A stretch of DNA of 64,000 bases from a virus, in IMG/VR virus record IMGVR_UViG_3300032102_000006. One strand, 5' to 3'. Position 1 is the stretch's first letter; each line of letters begins with the position of its first letter. The position numbers and the translations under genes were made by a program. This document shows, piece by piece, positions 45,998 through 54,933 of this stretch. Below the pieces are notes generated by a model that ran no database searches, had not been told where the DNA came from, and saw only the letters and a program-made list of their open reading frames with translations.

Positions 45998-46267
45998 TCA
46001 ATCTGCAAAAACATCCGGGCTTCCTGTAGCTCTAGTATGCCCGCAGGTATCTGCATCTCCGGATTTATTAACAGGGATACCGTTGATAAACACCGTGCTA
46101 CTACCATTGGCAGTAACCGGGGCATCGTGCTTTCTGCGCCCGTGATCAGCAACGGAACTGCCATCTACACTAACCAATGCATTGTTTGCAAATACCGTTT
46201 GTTGCAGTGTAGATGTAACAGGGGCTCCTGCTGTATTAGCATCGCCCTGTCTATGTATTTCAGGCAT
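45998..46267 (-). CDS. PAAR spike-tip protein (T4 gp5.4-like)
   Basis: R.GD, H..H, GSSTVFING, CGH, GSPDVF. Confidence 0.9.
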   Translation of the reverse strand: MPEIHRQGDANTAGAPVTSTLQQTVFANNALVSVDGSSVADHGRRKHDAPVTANGSSTVFINGIPVNKSGDADTCGHTRATGSPDVFAD

Positions 46268-46575
46268 TATGCTGTTATAATACCGGAATTTCTAACCGGT
46301 GTAATCCCTGTTACGCTTTGGAAATAAGCATCACTAACCTGTTGATTAGTGTTAGCCACGCACATAATATTGCCTTCCTTAAACATGTAGTCGCTATCAG
46401 GATCTGCTGTCATCATAAACGGCACCATTGCAAGACCATCTCTGCTAGCAGCTAGTATAACAGGCTTGCTCAATGTAAGACCTTCGGCAGTTTGGCCTGT
46501 TATCTTACCAACGACTTCATCGCCGCTGCTTAATTTCAAACTGATAATTTGATTGATTTTATTTTCTTTTAACAT
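46267..46575 (-). CDS. Hypothetical Sm-like protein
   Basis: SLKLSSGDEVVGK. Confidence 0.65.
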   Translation of the reverse strand: MLKENKINQIISLKLSSGDEVVGKITGQTAEGLTLSKPVILAASRDGLAMVPFMMTADPDSDYMFKEGNIMCVANTNQQVSDAYFQSVTGITPVRNSGIITA

Positions 46576-46576
46576 G

Positions 46577-46813
46577 TTATTCCTTTGTCCATTTTGTTAA
46601 TTCTGTGTAGCCGCCGATGCTAACATCGTCGATAAAAATTTGAGGTACTGTACGAGGTGCAACACCCAGGCGAGTAGTCAATTCTGCAATCATTGCTTCC
46701 CTGGTTTCCGGGCCAATGTAATGTTCTGTATATTCCCAGCCGCGAGATTCAAATAACTTTTTTGCCTGTACGCAATATGGGCAAGCATCTTTTGTGTAAA
46801 TTTCAACTTTCAT
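46577..46813 (-). CDS. Glutaredoxin
   Basis: CPYC, TVPQIF, IGG. Confidence 0.95.
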   Translation of the reverse strand: MKVEIYTKDACPYCVQAKKLFESRGWEYTEHYIGPETREAMIAELTTRLGVAPRTVPQIFIDDVSIGGYTELTKWTKE

Positions 46814-46969
46814 TTTTCTTCCTGTCTAATTGTTCTTTTAATTGTTGGCATTCGTGTCTTTTATTGCATTTGCCGCTTTTAACTCTAATAGTTGCAACAC
46901 TATCAAGACAAAATCCTTCATACCCTGTGCCGTCCATAGGGCACCAAGATTTTCTTTTTTGTTTAGTAG

Positions 46970-48070
46970 TCATAGTGCAGGCAATTCGTCGTAGTCAATA
47001 CTATCACTCATTACACCAATAACATAACTAGTGCTTTCGCTTTCCTGTAAAGCCGTTTGTTTTTTACTAGTATCACTGTGTTTATTAAACCACGGGATAG
47101 GAGTAGTTTTAGGTGCGTGAGCTTGATATTTAATACCAATGTCCTTTAATGCGCTGTGTGCTGTGTAATCAACGAAGTCTTTAAGAATGTTCGCGTTAAG
47201 TCCGATAACAGGTCCTTTCTTAAACAAGTAATCTGCCCAAGCCTTTTCCTCACGGATAACATCCATATAGATTTGATAGACTTCTTCTTTACATTGTTCT
47301 GCTATCCGGGCAAAACGACTATCTTCTTTAACGACTTGATTGATAAGGAAAGCAGTCCAGCCTTTGTGTAGCAGTTCGTCTTGCAGAATCAAGCTAATAA
47401 TGTTGCCATTGCCGATAAAGATTTTGTTCTCAACCATAGCAAGACTTGTAGCAAACGATACCATAAAGCGAAAAGCTTCTAGTGCATAACTTGCGTGTAA
47501 GGCTAGGTAAATTGCCTTAACGTGTTCGTCTTCTTTGACATCGCCGCCAATTTCTTTTAACGAGTTGATCCTGTGTAGTGCATCATAATACTTTCCTACA
47601 CTTGACGCCATATCAACAATTTCTCGAGTGTCGTGAATTGTGTTAAACACTTCTTTAGGCACGTTATAGATATTGCGGATAATATGGCTGTAACTACGGC
47701 TATGAATATTTGTTTCAAAGAAGCTCCAGTTATACATTAGTGCTTCCAATTCAGGCAAACTTACAACTGGTGTAAAGATTTGACTTGGACCGCGGCCTTG
47801 TAAGCTATCAAGAGCAGTTTGACGTAAAACGTTGCTGGTAAAGATATGCTTGATTGCATCACTAGCATCCTTAAAGTCTGCTGCATCTTTTGTTAAGCTA
47901 ACTTCTTCGGGGACCCAGAAGAATCCGCGAGCAGTTTTTTCGTAATCTGCAATCTTGTTATACTTAACTTCTTCAAACCTCTGAATAGTCACCGGACCGG
48001 CTGGGTCTAGAAACATCTTACGACTAGTATAGTCCGTTGGTGTTGTTAAATTATATTGTTCTTTACTCAT
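46970..48070 (-). CDS. nrdB: Ribonucleotide reductase class Ia beta subunit
   Basis: FFW.PEEV, ETNIHSRSY, LEAFRF, DELLH. Confidence 0.95.
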   Translation of the reverse strand: MSKEQYNLTTPTDYTSRKMFLDPAGPVTIQRFEEVKYNKIADYEKTARGFFWVPEEVSLTKDAADFKDASDAIKHIFTSNVLRQTALDSLQGRGPSQIFTPVVSLPELEALMYNWSFFETNIHSRSYSHIIRNIYNVPKEVFNTIHDTREIVDMASSVGKYYDALHRINSLKEIGGDVKEDEHVKAIYLALHASYALEAFRFMVSFATSLAMVENKIFIGNGNIISLILQDELLHKGWTAFLINQVVKEDSRFARIAEQCKEEVYQIYMDVIREEKAWADYLFKKGPVIGLNANILKDFVDYTAHSALKDIGIKYQAHAPKTTPIPWFNKHSDTSKKQTALQESESTSYVIGVMSDSIDYDELPAL

Positions 48071-48072
48071 TA

Positions 48073-48393
48073 TTAAACTCTAAAACTACTTCCACATCCG
48101 CAACGATCTCGCTCATTGGGATTCTTAAATTCAAACCCTTCGTTCAAGCCATTTCGAACAAAGTCTATTGTCATACCTTGTAAGTATGGACAACTTTTTG
48201 GATCTACATATATTTCACAACCGTTGCACAAGATTTTCTCATCTCCGGGTTGTGCAGCATCTACATATTCTAACACATAAGCCAAGCCCGAGCAACCTGT
48301 TGTTTTAACGCCAACCCGTATGCCAATACCCGAACCTCTTCGGGTTATCATTGCTCGAATTTTTTTAACAGCGGCTTCAGTTAGAGTGATCAT
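48073..48393 (-). CDS. iscA: Fe-S cluster carrier IscA
   Basis: GCSGLAY, CGCGSSF. Confidence 0.95.
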   Translation of the reverse strand: MITLTEAAVKKIRAMITRRGSGIGIRVGVKTTGCSGLAYVLEYVDAAQPGDEKILCNGCEIYVDPKSCPYLQGMTIDFVRNGLNEGFEFKNPNERDRCGCGSSFRV

Positions 48394-48779
48394 TTTTCTT
48401 TTTATAATCCTCTACTGCTGCTTTAATCGCATCTTCTGCTAAAATACTACAGTGAATCTTAACAGGAGGTAATGCAAGTTCTTCTGCTATGGCAGAATTT
48501 TTAATACTTGTTGCTTGATCCAATGTCATTCCCTTGACTAATTCAGTAACTAGGCTAGAGCTAGCAATAGCACTGCCGCAGCCGTAAGTTTTAAAACGTG
48601 CATCTTCGATTATGCCTGTTTCTGGATTTACTTTTATTTGCAACTTCATTACATCGCCTAGTCTAGCCGCATGCCGGTGCACCGACTATGCCGGTGCCGA
48701 CATGCGGCTCATCCTTGACAAAAGATCCTACGTTCCGAGGTTGCTCATAATGATCTATAACTTTTTCGCTGTAAGCCAT
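48377..48779 (-). CDS. iscU: Fe-S scaffold IscU interrupted by a 10-nt insert (48656-48665); 130 aa if the insert is skipped
   Basis: MAYSEKVIDHY...GAPACG, then TAGACTAGGC, then DVMKLQIKV...YGCGSA...LPPVKIHC. Confidence 0.9.
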
Positions 48780-48829
48780 TATTTTCCCTTTAGTAATTTA
48801 TTAATAACATCATCTGGTTGGAAGCGATC

Positions 48830-49369
48830 CTATTTTTGTCTGTTTTCTTCCCCCAGTATCCACCTTAGATTGCTCTTGCTACCTAATATATGCGGCGGTA
48901 TTCCTAACTCAAAACCCTGTTTATAAGGAACGATATGATCAAGCTGAAACTGATCTTTACGCTTTCCTGTGTTTAACGGTATCTCTCCATCTATTTTCAT
49001 TTGATAGCGAGAACGATACGTTGCTTTACGGACTTCTCTCTTGTATGCTGTAAATTCATCATCTACATAGGACTTTGGACGTAAATTATTTAATCTACCA
49101 TCTTTATTTGGATTATTTTCTTTCCATTTTTTGCTTTGTTTTTCATTTGGAAGACCTTTGTTCCATCCATGTCCTTTTAACAAGCCAGAAGTGTTTTGTT
49201 TAGATTTCTGTTCTTCAGTCAATTTTAACCCTTTATTCCAAGGATCAAACTCTCCCCTATTTAAAGGATTTTTACATTTCTGCGAACAAAAATCTATAAA
49301 TCTAGGCTTTGTAATAAAAGCCGAGCCGCAATAACTGCATTGTTTTGTCAGGCCATATTTTTCTTTCAT
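48830..49369 (-). mobile_element. HNH homing endonuclease with NUMOD3-like repeats (extends to 48779 if TAG is read through)
   Basis: PWNKG/GWNKG repeats, LDHIVP..SNL..EEN. Confidence 0.8.
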
Positions 49370-49411
49370 GCAGTTATTTATCATCTCGGCGCGCCTGCTT
49401 GTTAAAATCCT

Positions 49412-50443
49412 TTATAATACACAACTTTCGCAAACACCGTCATCTTCTTCTTGATCTTGTTTAACTGTGTTGAGATGGATGATATTTTCATCTTGTGCTA
49501 CTTTTGCACCTTGCTTGTTAATTAAACTATAGTAGAAAGTCTTTAATCCCCAGTGATGTGCTAGCATTAGGTTTTTAGCAATCAATGTTGTTGGTACTTT
49601 TTTATCTGCAAAATATGCAGGATTGTAAAATGTGTTAGTACTAATACTTTGATCTGTATATGCTGCAATAACTGCACTGGTCTTTAAGTACCCAATACAA
49701 TCACGCTGTTCCCACATTAGTTGGTAGTTTTTACGAACTCTGGCATTATTATACTCAGGAACGACTTGTGTAAAGCTACCGGCTTTTGATTCTTTTGTGC
49801 TAATCAAGCTCATTGGCATTTCAATACCGTTTGTGCTATTGATAACAACACTGCTAGACTCGACTGGTGCAACTGCCATTTGTGTAGCATTACGAACACC
49901 ATATTGTTTCATGTTGGCACGTAGTGTTTCCCAATCTAACTCCGGGGTAAAGTCTGTTAGCTCGTTGGCACCATCTGCACGTAACTCCCAGGGGAACACG
50001 CCTTGTCCATAACGTGTCTTACCACTATCAACACACGCGCCGCGTTCTTTAGCCAACTCAACCGACATTTCTGTTAGATAATATGCTTGGTGTTCCATCC
50101 ATGTCTTAACTTCTGCCAGTGCATCTCGTTCGCCGTACTGCATACCGCGTTTGGCGTGCCAGTAGGCCAAGTTAGTGACACCGATGCCAAGAGGGCGGAT
50201 TTCATCATTAGATAGTTTAGATTGAATACTTAAGAAATCTTGATAGTCAAGAATGTTATTAAGGCTACGATGCAGGATACGACAAGCACGGCGCATGTCC
50301 TCTGGATTGCGGAAAGCACCCCAGTTAATACTACCGAGAGTGCATAAACTAATCCTCGCGGCATCTTCATCTACCTCATAGTACTCATATTCATCATCCA
50401 GTTCTTCTGGAAGACGTTCTATTTCTTCATATAATTCATTCAT
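49412..50443 (-). CDS. nrdA: Ribonucleotide reductase alpha subunit, C-terminal piece
   Basis: ISLCTLG, RPLGIG, APVESSS, DQSIS, KTFYY, C-terminal CESC. Confidence 0.92.
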   Translation of the reverse strand: MNELYEEIERLPEELDDEYEYYEVDEDAARISLCTLGSINWGAFRNPEDMRRACRILHRSLNNILDYQDFLSIQSKLSNDEIRPLGIGVTNLAYWHAKRGMQYGERDALAEVKTWMEHQAYYLTEMSVELAKERGACVDSGKTRYGQGVFPWELRADGANELTDFTPELDWETLRANMKQYGVRNATQMAVAPVESSSVVINSTNGIEMPMSLISTKESKAGSFTQVVPEYNNARVRKNYQLMWEQRDCIGYLKTSAVIAAYTDQSISTNTFYNPAYFADKKVPTTLIAKNLMLAHHWGLKTFYYSLINKQGAKVAQDENIIHLNTVKQDQEEDDGVCESCVL

Positions 50444-50721
50444 TTGTAATCATCCTTAATCCATCCTAGTAAAGACCATTGCACCACATCGTATGTGTCT
50501 GGCCCAAGCCATTCGTTGTCGTGCGGTCCTGTAATTCTTAGTGGGTTATTTGGGTCATCCAATTTAACGCCGTGTTCCTTCAGAAATCCAATTAGTTCGT
50601 CTCGGTCATACAATACTTTTCGGTCAGCATATTCTTTTGCTTCTAATGTAATTGAATGTCTATCACTGAAATTAAATTCTTTTCTCCACATTCCTATATC
50701 ACGAGGATAAAATGTAATCAT
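50440..50721 (-). CDS. Hypothetical protein inside the nrdA split
   Basis: ATGA overlaps on both sides. Confidence 0.7.
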   Translation of the reverse strand: MITFYPRDIGMWRKEFNFSDRHSITLEAKEYADRKVLYDRDELIGFLKEHGVKLDDPNNPLRITGPHDNEWLGPDTYDVVQWSLLGWIKDDYK

Positions 50722-51488
50722 ATTCTTTTTCCATATTTCGTAATCAAAAAATAACTTTTTCCTGTTGCTTCTTTTGCTTCTGCGATACTACTATAAACAA
50801 CACCTTCGTATTCAATCTTTACTGCTTCGTGATGTTTTCCGCCCTTTATGGCCAAATCTTTTAGTTGTTGACTTCTTTCCTCTTTAGTCATAAACACATA
50901 TTCTTTGTGTTCATATTCAACATCTCTTTTATTGGTTAACTTTTTACATTTATAACCTTTATACATACTCTTCTTGCCACGGGCCACGGCGCTCATAGCA
51001 CTGGCATTTAGTTTATGTTGACGACAAAATTCAAGCATATTAGTGATAGTCAAAACTTCGTTAGCAGGGGTAATAACTTCCCACTCGTCGGCTAATTTAA
51101 GTTTTTGCTCATCCTTCATTGCCTTACCTTTGTTGTGTGTTACTAAGTCTCCGGAAGCAAATCTCTTTTTCTTAGTAGCAGATATTTTAGGACCATTGCC
51201 CGCTGCACCGCCGCCACCTGCGTTGGGTGAGATATTATAGTAGAGAGTACTTTTGGCACAATCTCTTTCGTCCAAATAATATTGCTCTCTAATCAAAATA
51301 TCTTCTTCCTTTTCAACATATTCTACTATTACTCTATCAAAATTTTCAATACCATATTTGTTCTTGGCATTTTCAAATCTTTTTCCGCTGCCAGTATAAC
51401 CATCATTTATAGTTCCTTTATGTGAACCCAAATACTTCATACCGTCTAACTTATTTGTCCATTCATATATAAAACCCGAGTAGTTCAT
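50718..51488 (-). mobile_element. GIY-YIG (Seg-like) homing endonuclease inserted in nrdA
   Basis: GFIY...KYLG, Y.GSG, YG..NF, RE, YYN; NUMOD-like C-terminal modules. Confidence 0.9.
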
Positions 51489-51544
51489 TTGTGCCTCCTG
51501 TACATCTATTTATCATTACTCTGTACTTTAGGCACATTTAATTA

Positions 51545-53023
51545 TTATAACTTCTTCAATTTTACAAACTGCTCCGGTTTGTTCATTAAGAAATCACTTG
51601 CTTTGTTTTTGCGGACTTTAATTAGTTTTTTCTTAGTTGTTCCCATTGCAACTGTCGGAAGCAAAATCTCCAGACACAAATTCGATTGATAAATTGTATG
51701 GTATTCAGGGTCGAACGGACCTTGATTCATCACGTTGTCAATGAATACTAGATATATGCGTCCAGTGTCTGTACGTTCTTTAAGTATGCCGCCTTTGAAT
51801 ACTTCTTCAGCTGACATTACTTTTTTACGTAGGTCTGTACGCTTTTCATACAGTTCATAAAGTTCGTTGAACTTGTCCGTATTTGAATAGAACGCTTCGT
51901 AGAGGTCGGGAACTTCATTAGGGTCAAAGAAGGTAATATTTTCTTTGTTCTTGAGTCTCCTCCAGAAAAACGCAGAAAGCACAACACCATAATCCATGTG
52001 GCGGACACGAGTTTCGTCTGTTCCTTGGTTGTTCTTGAGAACAATAAGGTCATCGAATTGATGATGCCAGATGGGATAGAAAACCGTAGCACTAGCATTA
52101 CGAATACCTCCTTGACTGCAACTGCGTAGATCACCAAACCATTTCTTTAAGAATGGTACCATACCAGTGTGCATAATTTCGCCGCCCCTAATAGGACTTC
52201 CTAGACTGCGCAAGCGACCAATCTCTAAGCCAATGCCAGCACGTTTGCTAGCATACTTGGCCATCATTTCGCCACTAGCAAATATACTATCCAAATCATC
52301 ATCGCTCCTGATAAGCACACAACTACTAAATTGTTTTGTCGGAGTGCCAAGACCAGCAAGAACAGGTGTAGCAAGAGTAAAGAGCCCATCACTAGAAGCA
52401 TTGTAGTATTCCTTAATCAATCTCATACGAGCGCTATTAGGCTCTTCTTTATGCATAACTGTTGCTGCCGCAACCATATAACGGATCTGCGGTGTTTCAT
52501 AAATTTCTTTTGTAGCACGATTGCGAACTAGATATTTTTCAATTAACTGTTCGATAGCTGCATAACTATACTGTTCATCTTTCTCATGATCCAGCATGTC
52601 ATTCATCTTATTCCAGTCTGCTTCTGTATACCATTCCAGTAGTTCAGGAGTGTATAAACCAACCGCTACGTTCTTTTTTACTATTTCAAAAATATGCGGT
52701 ACTTGGTAGTCACCGTACACATCTTTTCGTAGCATGCTTAATCGCTGCTTTCCTGCTACGTATTGATAATTTGTATGTCCTATTTCTGGATTAGATTCTA
52801 CGTCTATTAAATTTACAATTGCACGTAGAGTAATTTCGTCAATTTCTCTTGTAGTAATTCCATCAAAGAAATGAGGTTGAGCTTTGATTTCAATCATGCT
52901 TTGGCTAACATCTGCAATACCAGTGCATACTTTAGAAATCTGAGCTTGCCACTTTTCAATTTGCAATAATTCATGCTCTCCGCTACGTTTGAGCACTGTG
53001 ATAGGTTTCCCCGACATTATCAT
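51545..53023 (-). CDS. nrdA: Ribonucleotide reductase alpha subunit, N-terminal piece
   Basis: ATP cone, ATP..AG, FSSC, QGGIR, QSNLCLEI. Confidence 0.92.
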   Translation of the reverse strand: MIMSGKPITVLKRSGEHELLQIEKWQAQISKVCTGIADVSQSMIEIKAQPHFFDGITTREIDEITLRAIVNLIDVESNPEIGHTNYQYVAGKQRLSMLRKDVYGDYQVPHIFEIVKKNVAVGLYTPELLEWYTEADWNKMNDMLDHEKDEQYSYAAIEQLIEKYLVRNRATKEIYETPQIRYMVAAATVMHKEEPNSARMRLIKEYYNASSDGLFTLATPVLAGLGTPTKQFSSCVLIRSDDDLDSIFASGEMMAKYASKRAGIGLEIGRLRSLGSPIRGGEIMHTGMVPFLKKWFGDLRSCSQGGIRNASATVFYPIWHHQFDDLIVLKNNQGTDETRVRHMDYGVVLSAFFWRRLKNKENITFFDPNEVPDLYEAFYSNTDKFNELYELYEKRTDLRKKVMSAEEVFKGGILKERTDTGRIYLVFIDNVMNQGPFDPEYHTIYQSNLCLEILLPTVAMGTTKKKLIKVRKNKASDFLMNKPEQFVKLKKL

Positions 53024-53087
53024 GTATTTTGTCCTTTATTATTCATCTTTTTAGTAGTCTATTTAATCCTGTGTTTTAATAATTCTA

Positions 53088-53540
53088 TTATATTTTAATG
53101 TTAGGAATGCTGTCTTTGGTAAACTTGTCAATTACCTCAAAGTCGCAATCTTCTATAGCTAACACATGGCCCAGGGTGTAATTTAGCACAGTTTTCTCAT
53201 CAATAACTACTACTAGATGTACGTCTTTTTCGCTAAAATTATTAATCAACCAAAGCTCAACTGTTGAGCCGGGCAAACACATCCACAATGTATAGGCCTG
53301 ACCCAAGGCAATTGCACTGCGGCAAAATTCACCCTTGCTAATCATATCCCACGGACTAGGCCATGTTTCAGGTTTAAACGGGTCTATTGTTTTTTTGACC
53401 CACGGCGTATATGTCCACCACAAGTCTACTAGATTGATAACGTCATCTAGCGTTTTATCTTTAGCCTGCGTTCTAAACTCGCGCCAAGCTAATATCTTTT
53501 CTGTTGTATTTTTATACCAAAGACTTAAATCGTGATACAC
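53088..53540 (-). CDS. Hypothetical protein (possible transglutaminase-like)
   Basis: WPSPW..C...H..LN. Confidence 0.6.
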   Translation of the reverse strand: MYHDLSLWYKNTTEKILAWREFRTQAKDKTLDDVINLVDLWWTYTPWVKKTIDPFKPETWPSPWDMISKGEFCRSAIALGQAYTLWMCLPGSTVELWLINNFSEKDVHLVVVIDEKTVLNYTLGHVLAIEDCDFEVIDKFTKDSIPNIKI

Positions 53541-53560
53541 TATTATCCCTGCTTAAAAAG

Positions 53561-54223
53561 TTATTTATAGAATTGATCAACTCTTTTTGTCCATAGTTCT
53601 GCATAATGATCAAACTCCGAACCTTCTATTACAAAACTTTGTAGTGCAGCATTACGGTCAATAATGTTAATAGCGCAGGTATTAATGTCTGTTCCATGGA
53701 CTTCGTTATGTGCAAGTGCATAAGCACAGCACTGTAAAAAGTAGTCTTCGATCCATTCTTTCTTCTTGGGCTTGTTAGTTGTTTTATGATCGATAATAGC
53801 AGGCTTGCCTTTCCATACACCAATCATGTCGCTAGTGCCTGCATAAAGTCCGGGATAATACAACGGTGCTTCGATACCCCATACTTCGTCAACATGTACA
53901 AAGGCTTCGTTGATCATAGTATCAGCCATGTCCTTGGCCATTGTTTGTACTAGGTTAGATCCTGCGGGGCGTGGTTTACCTAGCACATAGTTTTCTAAGT
54001 GCAAGTGCATGAGCGTGCCAAGACCAGCAGCTTCTTTGCTAATACGATTGGCTTCTGCATCGCCTACTCGCTTGCGCCATTCCATGAGGAATGTTTTATC
54101 TTTAGTCTTGTCAAGGATTGTAGTAACACTAGCTACTGCACCAGCAGGGGTTTCGTATAGGCGAGTACCATTTGTCTCTACTCGTTTTAGAGTAGAATAT
54201 TGATATTTGGGATTGAATAGCAT
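53561..54223 (-). CDS. PD-(D/E)xK exonuclease (Cas4/lambda-exo-like)
   Basis: SVTTIL, GT..H, E..L, AGTSD, IIDHKT, Q..AY. Confidence 0.88.
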   Translation of the reverse strand: MLFNPKYQYSTLKRVETNGTRLYETPAGAVASVTTILDKTKDKTFLMEWRKRVGDAEANRISKEAAGLGTLMHLHLENYVLGKPRPAGSNLVQTMAKDMADTMINEAFVHVDEVWGIEAPLYYPGLYAGTSDMIGVWKGKPAIIDHKTTNKPKKKEWIEDYFLQCCAYALAHNEVHGTDINTCAINIIDRNAALQSFVIEGSEFDHYAELWTKRVDQFYK

Positions 54224-54265
54224 ATTGCTATTTTATAACAATTTGCAAGAAAAGTCTATAGCTTA

Positions 54266-54607
54266 TTACCAGCTAATGTGCCAATTAAAGGTATCACCGG
54301 TTGTACTATTGGTTCTACGCTCAATGGAATAGCCCAAGTCTGTAAAGTAAGTGATTACCTTATTCATTTGGATAAATTTGGCACGATCATCTACGCCGCC
54401 TTGCCACGTTGTAAAATATACTCTAGCTGCAATTACACCAACTGGATCAGTTGCAGTCATAGTAGTTTCGAATACATTTACATCATATAAGCCAGCAGCA
54501 ACAGAAGTTAAGATAGTATCTTCTATATCTCGTATTTCATTAAATATAACCGTGTCATTTTGTGTTTTTGCACGGGCTTCTGCGGCTGTTAGCATTACAT
54601 TATTCAT
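54266..54607 (-). CDS. Hypothetical protein
   Basis: Coupled ORF. Confidence 0.7.
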   Translation of the reverse strand: MNNVMLTAAEARAKTQNDTVIFNEIRDIEDTILTSVAAGLYDVNVFETTMTATDPVGVIAARVYFTTWQGGVDDRAKFIQMNKVITYFTDLGYSIERRTNSTTGDTFNWHISW

Positions 54608-54933
54608 TTTAATTGATCTTTGGCTTGATTTATTGCAGTTGTTTTCATTTTAGCAGTGTCTTGGTCAAACTTGCTAGTCATGGTCTTTGCAGGACCTTTG
54701 TTTAATACAACGCTGTCTATTGTAGCACTAGAAACGATGTCTTTTAAATCTTGACGATGTCTATTTAAAATATCAATCATCATTTCAGGACTAATGTTAT
54801 CATCATTGTCTAAATCGTTGAGTAATTGACTCATATCAATAGTTGTTGCACCTTCTGCTTTGGCGCGAAGAAGAATAGGCTTAAGCAAGCCTATTACTTC
54901 TATATCACTATCAACTAGTTCAAATAATCTCAT
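54604..54933 (-). CDS. Hypothetical (possible head) protein
   Basis: Starts MRLFEL. Confidence 0.65.
   Translation of the reverse strand: MRLFELVDSDIEVIGLLKPILLRAKAEGATTIDMSQLLNDLDNDDNISPEMMIDILNRHRQDLKDIVSSATIDSVVLNKGPAKTMTSKFDQDTAKMKTTAINQAKDQLK

Noticed and set aside
48656-48665. Transposon excision footprint (CTAG appears twice)
   Set aside because: The restored sequence TGCGGCGAT contains no CTAG target; the duplicated unit is the GGC codon. Not fully excluded.
48377-48682. The 101 aa ORF starting MHRHAARLG as the complete iscU
   Set aside because: It lacks the first 38 residues including Cys37, which are encoded upstream in another frame.
50350-51680. Split intein or group I intron in nrdA
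   Set aside because: No intein N-terminal block after the split and no terminal His-Asn before a nucleophile; the interval is filled by coupled ORFs with no room for an intron core.
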